Assembly (NCBI GenBank): GCA_022820945.1
Contig: JAJEEP010000165.1
Location: 12,442-76,441 of the forward strand
Direction of reading: 5' to 3'
Length of the DNA: 64,000 bases
From: Alphaproteobacteria bacterium
GTDB taxonomy: Bacteria > Pseudomonadota > Alphaproteobacteria > UBA828
Made by a program: the position numbers and the translations under genes. Positions within the stretch are counted from its first letter, which is position 1. Each line of letters begins with the position of its first letter. Positions 55,692-64,000 of this stretch are shown here, piece after piece. The notes under the pieces were generated by a model. That model was not told the DNA's origin and did no database searches. It was given only the letters and a program-made list of their open reading frames with translations.

Positions 55692-56933
55692 ATGGCGTTC
55701 GGCCTCCTGAAATACGGCCTCTCCCGGCGCCGGCCGGTGAAGCGCTTCCTCGCCGCCCGGCCGGAGCTCAGGCCGAGCTACGACGTGGCCATCATCGGCG
55801 GCGGCGGCCACGGGCTTGCGGCCGCCTACTACCTCGCGGCGAAGCACGGCGTGCGCAACGTCGCCGTGTTCGACAAGGGCTATCTCGGCGGCGGCAACAC
55901 CGGGCGCAACACCGCCATCATCCGCTCGAACTATCTGACGCCGGAAGGCGTGGCTTTCTACGAGGAATCGATGCGGCTCTATCGCGGCCTCAGCGAGGAG
56001 CTCGACTACAACATCCTCTATTCGGAGCGCGGGCACTTCACGCTTGCGCATTCCGATGCGGCCATGCGCACCTCGCGCTGGCGGGCCGAGGTGAACAAGC
56101 ACCTGGGCGTCGATTCCGAGGTGGTGGATCGGGAGGAGCTCTCCCGCCTGGTGCCGCTGCTCAACATGTCCGACGAAGTCCGCCACCCGATCCTCGGCGC
56201 CCTCTACCATCCGCCGGGCGCGCTCGCCCGCCACGATGCGGTCGCCTGGGGCTATGCGGGCCGCGCCCAGGAGCTCGGCGTCGAGATCCACCAGGAGACC
56301 GAGGTCACCGGCATCAAGATCGAGAACGGGCGGGTCACCGGGCTCGAGACCAGCCGGGGGCCGATCGCCTGTGGCAAGGCGATGCAGGCGGTGGCGGGGC
56401 TCAGCGGCCAGGTCGCGCGGCTCGCGGGCTTCACGCTGCCGATCCGCACCGTGCCGCTGCAGGCCTGCGTCTCGCTGCCGCTCAAGCCCTTCCTCGACCC
56501 GATCATCGTCTCGGGCAGCCTGCACGTCTACATCTCGCAGTCCGACCGGGGCGAGCTGGTGATGGGCGGCGCGACCGATCCCTATCCGCGCTATCAGACC
56601 TCGTCCACCCTCGACTTCATGGAGGGGCTGATGGCGCACATCCTGGAGCTTTTCCCCTTCATGGGCGACGTGCCCGTGCTGCGTCAGTGGGCAGGCATGA
56701 CCGACATGACGCCCGACTTCGCGCCGGTCATGGGGCTGACCCCGGTCGAGAACTATTACATCGATTCTGGCTGGGGCACCTGGGGCTTCAAAGCGACGCC
56801 GGTCTGCGGCACCACCATGGCGGAGATGATCGCGACCGGCCGCGTGCCCGACCTGATCAAGGAATTCCGCCTCGACCGCTTCCGCGACTTCTCGCTCCTG
56901 GGCGAGAAGGGTGCGGCCTCGGTCGGGCACTAG
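55692..56933 (+). CDS. soxB: Sarcosine oxidase subunit beta
   Basis: SoxB-type N-terminus (YDVAIIGGGGHGLAAAYYLA...GGGNTGRNTAIIRSNY), 413 aa. Confidence 0.9.
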   Translation: MAFGLLKYGLSRRRPVKRFLAARPELRPSYDVAIIGGGGHGLAAAYYLAAKHGVRNVAVFDKGYLGGGNTGRNTAIIRSNYLTPEGVAFYEESMRLYRGLSEELDYNILYSERGHFTLAHSDAAMRTSRWRAEVNKHLGVDSEVVDREELSRLVPLLNMSDEVRHPILGALYHPPGALARHDAVAWGYAGRAQELGVEIHQETEVTGIKIENGRVTGLETSRGPIACGKAMQAVAGLSGQVARLAGFTLPIRTVPLQACVSLPLKPFLDPIIVSGSLHVYISQSDRGELVMGGATDPYPRYQTSSTLDFMEGLMAHILELFPFMGDVPVLRQWAGMTDMTPDFAPVMGLTPVENYYIDSGWGTWGFKATPVCGTTMAEMIATGRVPDLIKEFRLDRFRDFSLLGEKGAASVGH

Positions 56934-56957
56934 GGGCGGGGCGAGGGCCGCCGCGCC

Positions 56958-57518
56958 ATGAAGATCATGCCTTGCCCGCTCAACGGGCCGCGCAACATCC
57001 AGGAGTTCATCTGCGCGGGCCCGGTGGAGCCGCACCCGGACCCCAACCGGTGCTCGGACGACGAGTGGACCGAGTTCGTCTGGATGGAGGAGAACCTGGA
57101 CGGCGTGGTGCGCGAGTGGTGGTGCCACGTCGCCACGTCCTACTGGTTCATCGCCGAGCGCAACACGGTGACCGACGAGATCCTCGCTACTTATCCGGCC
57201 AACCGGGTCTTCTCCGAGCGCGTCGATTTCGAGCCGCTGGCGCCGCCGCCCGAGGCGGCCGAGGCCAAACCGGAGCCGCCGAAGGAGGCCGCGCCTCCTC
57301 CTCCTGTGGTGGCGCCACCTCCGCCTGCACCCGCCGAGGCCGAACCTGCCGAGGCCGCAACGGAAATGCCGGACGCCCCCGATGACGCCGCTGAACCGGC
57401 CGAGGCAGCTGTTGAAGCCGAAGCGTCCACCGACGAGGCATCCGCAGACGACGCACCGGCGGACCGTAAGCCTGCCGACGACGCGTCGTTCCGCGAGCCG
57501 AAGGACCCCGCCGCATGA
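56958..57518 (+). CDS. soxD: Sarcosine oxidase subunit delta with a ~100-aa Pro/Ala/Glu-rich C-terminal extension
   Basis: SoxD-like core in residues 1-85 (MPCPLNGPRNIQEF...EWWCHVATSYWFIAERNTVTDEI), then a low-complexity tail. The stop overlaps the soxA start (ATGA). Confidence 0.8.
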   Translation: MKIMPCPLNGPRNIQEFICAGPVEPHPDPNRCSDDEWTEFVWMEENLDGVVREWWCHVATSYWFIAERNTVTDEILATYPANRVFSERVDFEPLAPPPEAAEAKPEPPKEAAPPPPVVAPPPPAPAEAEPAEAATEMPDAPDDAAEPAEAAVEAEASTDEASADDAPADRKPADDASFREPKDPAA

Positions 57519-60424
57519 TGGCGCGCCTGCCGGAGCCCGCGGGCCTGCTCCTCGATCGCAGCGAGGAGATCGCATTCCGCTTCGAGGGCAAGCAGTACCG
57601 GGGCTATCGCGGCGATACGGTGGCGAGCGCGCTGGCAGCAAACGACGTTTCGGTGCTCTCGCGCTCCTTCAAGTATCACCGCCCGCGCGGCATCCACTCG
57701 CTCTCCGGCCTCGATGCGAACACGCTGGTGCAGGTCGGCCCCGCGCCCAACCGCTTCGCCGACCGCGAGCCGCTCACCCCCAATCTGGAGGTCATGGGCC
57801 AGAACTACATGGGGACGCTCCGGCACGACCGGCTGGCTGTGTTCGGTCTGCTGCACCGCTTCTTCCCCGTGGGCTTCTACTACAAGGCGTTCTACAAGCC
57901 GCGTTGGACCTGGCCGCTCTGGGCCAGGTTGATCCGCCGGATCGCAGGCCTCGGCTCCGTCAATACCAACGCCCCGCACGGCTACTTCGACAAGCAGTAT
58001 CTCTTCTGCGACGTGCTGGTGGTGGGCGGGGGCGCGGCCGGGCTCGCGGCGGCATCGCAGGCGGCAGCCGCCGGCGCCCAGGTGATACTCGTCGACGAGA
58101 ACGCGGCCCTTGGTGGCGGTCTACTTTACGGCCGTCCCGATGCCGGCGGCATCCGCGCGGACGAGGAGCGCGCCCGCCTCGTCGGCGATGTCGAGGGATC
58201 CGACCTCATCTCGGTGATGACCGAGACCGCGTGCCTTGGCCGCTACGCCGACAATTGGCTTCCGCTGGTGCGCGGCAACCGCCTCTACAAGCTCAGGACC
58301 AAGGCTCTGGTGGTCGCCACCGGCTCGCTCGAGCAGCCGCTGGTCTTCCGCAACAACGACCTGCCCGGCGTCATGCTGAGCAGCGCGGCCCAGCGCCTGA
58401 TCAAGTTCTATGGCGTCAAGCCCGGCCGGCGCGCCGTGGTGGCGACGGCGGACGACGAAGGCTATGGCGCGGCCCTCGACCTGCTGGATGCAGGAGTCGA
58501 GGTGGCGGCGGTGGTCGATCTGCGCATGGACGCGCCGCGCACCGCAATGAGCGACACGCTCGCGGCCCGCCGGGTGCCGGTTCACGCGGCTTCGGCGCCA
58601 TGGGAGGCCGTGGCGCAGCGCAAGGGGTCGGGTGTCGCGCGCGTTCGCGTCGCCCGCATCGAGGAGGACGGCGTCTGCGCGCCCTCCGTGGACAGCTTCA
58701 CCTGCGACCTCCTCGTCGTCTCGGGCGGCCATGCGCCGGCGGCGGCGCTGCTGCGCCAGGCGGGCGCCACCTTCACGTACGACAGCGCGCGCCACGCGAC
58801 GACCATTGCAGACTTTCCACCCGATGTCTTCGCCGCAGGCGATGTAGCCGGAACCAACGGCCTCGATGCGGCGACGGCGGACGGCCGCCGCGCCGGCTGG
58901 CAGGCCGCGCAGTCTGCGGGCTTCGACGCAGGCCCCGAGCCTGACGCCCCTGCGGAGGAGGAGCCGGCGGCAGCGCAGGCGGCGTGGCCGATCTTCCCGC
59001 ATCCCGATCACAAGGCCTTCGTCGACCTGGACGAGGACGTGCAGGTCCACGATCTGGAGGATGCGATCGCCGAGGGCTACGACCACGTCGAGCTGCTCAA
59101 GCGCTTCACCACCAACGGCATGGGGCCCTCGCAGGGCCGCCATTCCTCGCTCAACGCGGTGCGCATTCTGGCGCGGGCCAAGTCGCGGAGCGTCGACGAA
59201 ACCGGCGTCACCACGGTGCGTCAGCCCATCGTGCCCGTCACCATGGGCCATCTCGCGGGTCGCAGCTTCGAGCCGGTGCGCTACACGGCGATGCACTTCC
59301 GTCATCTGGAGGCCGGCGCCACCATGATGCCGGCGGGGCTCTGGCTCCGGCCCGAGTTCTACGGCGACAAGGCGCGGCGCCAGGCGCTGATCCGGGAGGA
59401 GGCCAAGAACGTCCGCGACAACGTGGGCATCATCGATGTCTCGACCCTCGGCGGGCTCGACATACGCGGGCCCGATGCGGCCGAGTTCATGAACCGCATG
59501 TACACCTTCGCCTACCTGAAGCAGCCGGTGGGCCGCTCCCGCTACGTGCTGATGACCGACCTCGGCGGCGTGGTGGTGGACGACGGTGTCGCCTGCCGCA
59601 TGCACGAGGACCACTTCTACGTCACGGCGACGACCTCGGGCGTCGACAACGTCTACCGCGAGATGCTCTGGTACAACGCCCAGTGGCGGCTCAAGGTCGA
59701 CGTGACCAACGTCACCGCGGCGCTCGCGGGCGTCAATATCGCGGGCCCCAACTGCCGCCCTGTGCTGGAATCGCTCTGCGACGACGTCGATCTCTCGCCC
59801 GAGGGCTTCCCCTACATGGGCGTGCGCGAGGGCCACGTCGCCGGCATCCCCGCGATCTTTCTCAGAGTCGGCTTCGTGGGCGAGCTCGGCTACGAGCTGC
59901 ACGTGCCGGCGAGCCAGGGCGAAGCTCTCTGGGACGTGCTGATGGAGGCCGGCAAGGACCACGGCATCCGGCCCTTCGGCGTCGAGGCCCAGCGCCTGCT
60001 CAGGCTGGAGAAGGGTCACATCCTCATCGGCCAGGATACCGACGGTCTCACCACCCCCCACGAGGCCGACATGGCCTGGGCGCTCGCCAAGAAGAAGCCC
60101 TTCCACGTCGGTATCCGCTCGGTGCGCATGCAGGCGGCGAAGGGGCTCAGCCGCAAGCTGGTGGGCTTCGAGATACCGAGCGTCGGCGCGGAGCAGCCCA
60201 AGGAGTGCCACCTGGTATTCCGCGGGAACGAGATCACCGGACGGGTCACCTCGGTCGCCTATTCGCCCAACCTGGACAAGATCGTGGGCCTCGCCTACGT
60301 CGCGCCCGACCAGAGCGAGCCCGGCACCAAGATCGAAATCAGGGTTGACGGTGCGCGCATGGTGAGCGCGACCGTGGTGAAGCTCCCGTTCTACGACCCC
60401 GACGGGGCGAAGCAGGAGCTCTGA
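57515..60424 (+). CDS. soxA: Sarcosine oxidase subunit alpha
   Basis: 969 aa. N-terminus FRFEGKQYRGYRGDTVASALAANDV, a nucleotide-binding VLVVGGGAAGLAAA motif, and a C-terminal GcvT-like folate-binding domain. Confidence 0.92.
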   Translation: MMARLPEPAGLLLDRSEEIAFRFEGKQYRGYRGDTVASALAANDVSVLSRSFKYHRPRGIHSLSGLDANTLVQVGPAPNRFADREPLTPNLEVMGQNYMGTLRHDRLAVFGLLHRFFPVGFYYKAFYKPRWTWPLWARLIRRIAGLGSVNTNAPHGYFDKQYLFCDVLVVGGGAAGLAAASQAAAAGAQVILVDENAALGGGLLYGRPDAGGIRADEERARLVGDVEGSDLISVMTETACLGRYADNWLPLVRGNRLYKLRTKALVVATGSLEQPLVFRNNDLPGVMLSSAAQRLIKFYGVKPGRRAVVATADDEGYGAALDLLDAGVEVAAVVDLRMDAPRTAMSDTLAARRVPVHAASAPWEAVAQRKGSGVARVRVARIEEDGVCAPSVDSFTCDLLVVSGGHAPAAALLRQAGATFTYDSARHATTIADFPPDVFAAGDVAGTNGLDAATADGRRAGWQAAQSAGFDAGPEPDAPAEEEPAAAQAAWPIFPHPDHKAFVDLDEDVQVHDLEDAIAEGYDHVELLKRFTTNGMGPSQGRHSSLNAVRILARAKSRSVDETGVTTVRQPIVPVTMGHLAGRSFEPVRYTAMHFRHLEAGATMMPAGLWLRPEFYGDKARRQALIREEAKNVRDNVGIIDVSTLGGLDIRGPDAAEFMNRMYTFAYLKQPVGRSRYVLMTDLGGVVVDDGVACRMHEDHFYVTATTSGVDNVYREMLWYNAQWRLKVDVTNVTAALAGVNIAGPNCRPVLESLCDDVDLSPEGFPYMGVREGHVAGIPAIFLRVGFVGELGYELHVPASQGEALWDVLMEAGKDHGIRPFGVEAQRLLRLEKGHILIGQDTDGLTTPHEADMAWALAKKKPFHVGIRSVRMQAAKGLSRKLVGFEIPSVGAEQPKECHLVFRGNEITGRVTSVAYSPNLDKIVGLAYVAPDQSEPGTKIEIRVDGARMVSATVVKLPFYDPDGAKQEL

Positions 60425-60426
60425 TC

Positions 60427-61146
60427 GTGGCAATTCCTGCAGAGGAGCGGCGCCGCTCGCCGCTTTACCGCGCACTTGAGGCGCACGGCGCGCGCTTCGA
60501 GCCGCTGGGCGGCTTCGCAGTGGCGACGGAATTCGGGCGGGATGCTGCTGCCGAGGCGGCCCAGGCGGAATCCCTGGGCCTCGCCGACCTCACGCCGTTT
60601 CCGCGTATCGGCTTCAAGGGCTGGAACATCGGCCCCTGGCTCGCCGGTAACGGCGCCGAGATGGGCGAGGCGAGCAACCGGGCCTATCCACAGGCCGACG
60701 GCAGCCGCATCGCGCGGCTGGCGCCGGGCGAAGCGCTGGTGCTTGCGGACCGTAGCGGGGCCGGGCCCTTGATCCAGACCCTCGACGGGGCGTGGAGCAT
60801 GGCGGAGGCCGACGGCTGCTTCCGCGTCAGGCGGGACGAGACCAGCTGCTGGCTGCTGCTCACCGGCACGCACGCGTCCTCGATGCTCGCCAAGGTCTGC
60901 GCCGTCGATCTCAGGCTACAAGCCTTCGCGGCCGATGCCATCGCACAGACCAACGTCGCCCGCCTCAACGTGATCGTGATCCGGGGCGACATCGGCCAGG
61001 TGCCGGCCTTCGACCTGATCACCGACATCGCCTCTGCGGTCTACCTGTGGGGGGCGCTGCTCGACGCCATGGCCGAGTACGACGGCGCGCCGATCGGCCT
61101 CGCGGCCATCCGCTCTCTGCTGGACGGGAGCGAATCTAGCTCTTGA
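60427..61146 (+). CDS. soxG: Sarcosine oxidase subunit gamma
   Basis: GTG start 2 nt after soxA. SoxG-like pattern (RRSPLY..., LADLTPFPRIGFKG). It occupies the operon position after soxA. Confidence 0.8.
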   Translation: MAIPAEERRRSPLYRALEAHGARFEPLGGFAVATEFGRDAAAEAAQAESLGLADLTPFPRIGFKGWNIGPWLAGNGAEMGEASNRAYPQADGSRIARLAPGEALVLADRSGAGPLIQTLDGAWSMAEADGCFRVRRDETSCWLLLTGTHASSMLAKVCAVDLRLQAFAADAIAQTNVARLNVIVIRGDIGQVPAFDLITDIASAVYLWGALLDAMAEYDGAPIGLAAIRSLLDGSESSS

Positions 61147-61321
61147 AGAGCGAGTCCGCCTTGCTCAGGTAATCCGTCTTTGCGTGGATGGCGCCGCGCA
61201 CCCGCTCCAGCTCCTCTTCAAGCTGTTGGGCATAGTGGTTGAGCGCGTCCACCGACATGTCGTCGAGCACGCGCGGGGTCCATTCCTGCTCGCGCGGGAT
61301 GCGGATTGGGTCCTCGTCCAT
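61136..61321 (-). CDS. DUF1192-like small protein (61 aa)
   Basis: Internal ATG at 61321. The sequence DDMSVDALNHYAQQLEEELERVRGAIHAKTDYLSKADSLFK matches the alphaproteobacterial DUF1192 pattern. Confidence 0.6.
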   Translation of the reverse strand: MDEDPIRIPREQEWTPRVLDDMSVDALNHYAQQLEEELERVRGAIHAKTDYLSKADSLFKS

Positions 61322-61388
61322 TCCATTTCTCCTGCGCCGTCCGGGCCGACGTGAGTATAGTCGCGCGCGTAATCCGTTTGGAGGCGTC

Positions 61389-62399
61389 ATGGCGAAGCTG
61401 CCCACCGAAATGACCGCTATCGAGATCACCGAGCCCGGCGGGCCCGAAGTCCTGCGCCCTGCGCGCAGGCCGGTGCCCGAGCCGGGCCTGGGCGAGGTGC
61501 TGATCGAGGTGGCGGGGGCCGGAGTGAACCGGCCGGACGTGATGCAGCGCCAGGGCGTCTATCCGCCGCCGCCCGGCGCCTCCGACCTCCCGGGGCTCGA
61601 AGTCTCGGGCCACGTGGCGGCCAGCGGCCCCGGCGCGCACCGCTACGAGGCGGGCGATGCGGTCTGCGCGCTCACACACGGCGGCGGTTATGCCGAATTC
61701 TGCGTCGCGCCGGAGACGCAGACGCTTCCGGTTCCGGCGGGGCTCTCGGCGGTCGACGCCGCCGGTCTGCCCGAGACCTGCTTTACGGTGTGGACCAATG
61801 CTTTCGAGCGCGCCCGGCTCCGCGCCGGCGAGCGGTTGCTGGTCCACGGCGGCAGCAGCGGCATCGGCACGACCGCGATCCAGATCGCGTCCGCGCTCGG
61901 GGTCCGCGTCTTCGCGACCGCCGGCTCGCCCGAGAAATGCGCCGCCTGCGAGGGCCTCGGCGCCGAGCGGGCGATCGACTACCGCAACGAGGATTTCGTC
62001 GCCGTGGTGAAGGAGATCACCGGCGGCGAGGGCGTCGATGTCGTTCTCGACATAATCGGCGGTAGCTACGCGCCGCGCAATCTTGCCGCCCTCCGGCCCG
62101 AGGGACGGCTGGCGCAGATCGCCGTCCAGGAGGCGTCGAAATCCCGGATCGACCTTTTCGCGCTCATGCGCAAGCGGCTCACCATCGTGGGCTCCACGCT
62201 CAGGCCCCAGAGCGTGGAGAGCAAGGCCCGGATCGCGGCCGCATTGGAGGAGACCGTCTGGCCGCTCATCGAAGCAGGGTTGGTGCGGCCGGTCATCGAC
62301 ACCCGGCTGCCGCTCGATCAGGCGGCGGCGGCCCACGCCCGCATGGAGGCAGGTCAGCACATCGGCAAAATCCTGCTGGAGCGCACCCGCCAGAAGTAG
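61389..62399 (+). CDS. NAD(P)H:quinone oxidoreductase (zeta-crystallin / MDR family)
   Basis: Internal ATG at 61389. Motifs GVNRPDVMQRQGVYPPPPGAS and LVHGGSSGIGTTAIQIA, 336 aa. Confidence 0.85.
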   Translation: MAKLPTEMTAIEITEPGGPEVLRPARRPVPEPGLGEVLIEVAGAGVNRPDVMQRQGVYPPPPGASDLPGLEVSGHVAASGPGAHRYEAGDAVCALTHGGGYAEFCVAPETQTLPVPAGLSAVDAAGLPETCFTVWTNAFERARLRAGERLLVHGGSSGIGTTAIQIASALGVRVFATAGSPEKCAACEGLGAERAIDYRNEDFVAVVKEITGGEGVDVVLDIIGGSYAPRNLAALRPEGRLAQIAVQEASKSRIDLFALMRKRLTIVGSTLRPQSVESKARIAAALEETVWPLIEAGLVRPVIDTRLPLDQAAAAHARMEAGQHIGKILLERTRQK

Positions 62400-62525
62400 C
62401 GGGTGAACTGCGGCTTTGCGCTCCCCACATCTAGACGATATACCGACCGCCTCACGCGTAGCCACGGGCGATCGCGCCGGCCGTGGCGTGGTTACGCGTG
62501 GGCAGCAGTGGAAGGAACGAACAAG

Positions 62526-63278
62526 ATGGCCGAGTTGCTGATGCCCAAGGCCACGGCCGTGTGGCTGATCGACAACACCACGCTTACGTTCGATCAGATC
62601 GCAGCCTTCTGCGACCTGCACCCTCTCGAAGTGCAGGGCATCGCCGATGGAGAGGTCGCAGTCGGAATTCGCGGCCTCGACCCCGTTGCCAACGGGCAGG
62701 TCAGCCGTGAGGAAATCCGGCGCTGCGAGGAGGATTCGTCCCAGCGCCTGGAGGCTATCGGCCCGGCGGCGGAGGTGCCGCAGCGCACCCGGCGCGCCCG
62801 CTACACGCCGGTGAGCAAGCGGCAGGATCGCCCCAACGCCATCGCCTGGCTGCTCAAGAACTATGACGAGCTGAGCGACGCGCAGATCAGCAAGCTGCTC
62901 GGCACCACCAAGGCGACGATCACCGCCGTGCGCGAGCGCACCCACTGGAACACGCCCAACATCACGCCGCAGGACCCGATCCTGCTTGGCATTTGTACCG
63001 AGGCAGAGCTTCTCGACGCGGTGCGCAAGGCGCGCGCCAGGGCGGAACGGGCGGCGGCGCGGGACGAGAAGGCCGCTCAGGCAGCCGCGGCCGAGAAATC
63101 TGCTGCTGCAGCGTCCGCCATAGCGCCTGACGCGTCGCCCGAGCAACCGCAGGCTGACGCGACGCCGGTCCAGCCAAATGACGGCGCGCCACCGGCCGCG
63201 GCCAACCCGTCCGATTCAGGCATGACGGGCGAGGGCGGCGGGCCGGCGGACGTATTGCAACCGGAAGCGGCCGACTAA
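62526..63278 (+). CDS. DUF1013-family protein (alphaproteobacterial cell-cycle-associated regulator family) with an Ala/Pro-rich tail
   Basis: Internal ATG at 62526. The sequence MPKATAVWLIDNTTLTFDQIAAFCDLHPLEVQGIADGEVA...YTPVSKRQDRPNAIAWLLKNY is typical of DUF1013. Confidence 0.75.
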   Translation: MAELLMPKATAVWLIDNTTLTFDQIAAFCDLHPLEVQGIADGEVAVGIRGLDPVANGQVSREEIRRCEEDSSQRLEAIGPAAEVPQRTRRARYTPVSKRQDRPNAIAWLLKNYDELSDAQISKLLGTTKATITAVRERTHWNTPNITPQDPILLGICTEAELLDAVRKARARAERAAARDEKAAQAAAAEKSAAAASAIAPDASPEQPQADATPVQPNDGAPPAAANPSDSGMTGEGGGPADVLQPEAAD

Positions 63279-63360
63279 GCGCCGGCAACGACGACCACGC
63301 TGCGCCGGCCCCGAGGCCGGCCGCGGCGGGAGTCATCATCTATTGGGGGAAGGAACCGCC

Positions 63361-64000
63361 ATGCTCATCGGCGTTCCCAAGGAGACCAAGGTTCACGAGT
63401 ACCGCGTCGGCGTTCCGCCCGGCGGGGTGCGCGAGCTCGTGCAGCATGGCCATCGGGTCATGGTCGAGAAGGACGCCGGGACCGAGATCGGGCTACTCGA
63501 CGAGCATTACGAACGTGCCGGCGCCCAAGTGGTGGACGAAGTGGCGGAAATCTTCGGCACGGCCGAGATGATCGTGAAGGTGAAGGAGCCCTCGCCGGAC
63601 GAGTGCGCCATGCTGCGGGCCGACCAGGTGCTCTTCACCTATCTCCACCTCGCGGCCGATGCCGCCCAGACCGACGCCCTGATCGAGTCCGGCAGCATCG
63701 CCATCGCCTACGAGACCGTGACCGACGCGCGTGGCGGCCTGCCGCTGCTCGCGCCCATGAGCGAGGTCGCGGGCCGCATGTCGATCCAGGCCGGCGCCCA
63801 CTGCCTCGAGAAGGAGCAGGGCGGACGCGGTGTGCTGCTCGGCGGCGTCCCCGGCGTACCGCCGGCCGACGTGGTCATCCTGGGCGGCGGCGTGGTGGGC
63901 ACCCACGCGGCCCGCATGGCCGTGGGCATGGGGGCGCAGGTCACGATCATCGACCGCTCGATCCCGCGCCTCCGCCAGCTGGAGGAGATTTTTGGGGCCA
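63361..64000 (+). CDS. ald: Alanine dehydrogenase, N-terminal part (3' end outside the window)
   Basis: It is not in the ORF track because no stop lies inside the window. Hand translation: [40 protein letters not shown]...IVKVKEP...LFTYLHLA...[11 protein letters not shown]...[14 protein letters not shown]. Confidence 0.9.
   Translation, partial: MLIGVPKETKVHEYRVGVPPGGVRELVQHGHRVMVEKDAGTEIGLLDEHYERAGAQVVDEVAEIFGTAEMIVKVKEPSPDECAMLRADQVLFTYLHLAADAAQTDALIESGSIAIAYETVTDARGGLPLLAPMSEVAGRMSIQAGAHCLEKEQGGRGVLLGGVPGVPPADVVILGGGVVGTHAARMAVGMGAQVTIIDRSIPRLRQLEEIFGA

Noticed and set aside
54454-55700. Possible genomic-island integration at tRNA-Val preceding the DMT transporter and sox operon.
   Set aside because: No integrase, excisionase or transposase gene is present, and I found no repeat of the tRNA 3' end downstream. 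The flanking hslVU and sox genes look like ordinary chromosomal content.

Overview
GC-rich (about two-thirds G+C by eye, strong G/C at third codon positions) chromosomal segment with an alphaproteobacterial gene set: HdaA, DUF2066, DUF1013, DUF1192, a phasin, and the tpiA-secG-pyrG-kdsA order. I support about 64 protein-coding genes and one tRNA-Val(GAC). I found no rRNA, CRISPR array, transposase, integrase or phage gene. Most of the window is housekeeping: ppk-ppx, hdaA, purN, moeA-moaC-trpC-trpD, ppiD, tpiA, secG, pyrG, kdsA, hslVU and ald. The accessory content comprises: (i) at 2.5-6.8 kb, a tightly packed six-gene plus-strand cluster encoding a haem-b-type membrane domain fused to a Rieske domain, a second Rieske domain fused to a glutamate-synthase-type FMN/Fe-S domain, and four small or membrane-anchored unknowns; (ii) two tandem betaine/homocysteine S-methyltransferase paralogues behind a desaturase-family gene; (iii) an SDR, an LLM monooxygenase and a Liv-type ABC importer with a fused permease-ATPase; (iv) at 31.5-45 kb, a block sitting where many Alphaproteobacteria carry trpE/trpG. 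This block contains a urea/amide-type ABC importer (urtABCDE-like) followed by homologues of the small and large subunits of N,N-dimethylformamidase, a Rieske-oxygenase-like protein that has lost its canonical metal ligands, and small coupled ORFs; (v) a heterotetrameric sarcosine oxidase operon (soxBDAG) with an atypical delta subunit. Other notable points are an in-frame trpC-moaC fusion, a 10-bp tandem repeat in a 430-bp non-coding gap downstream of hslU, and a P450 with a hydrophobic C-terminal tail. The many long ORFs antisense to or out of frame with real genes are high-GC artefacts. All start codons were chosen by manual counting and motif reading, and no database search was possible.
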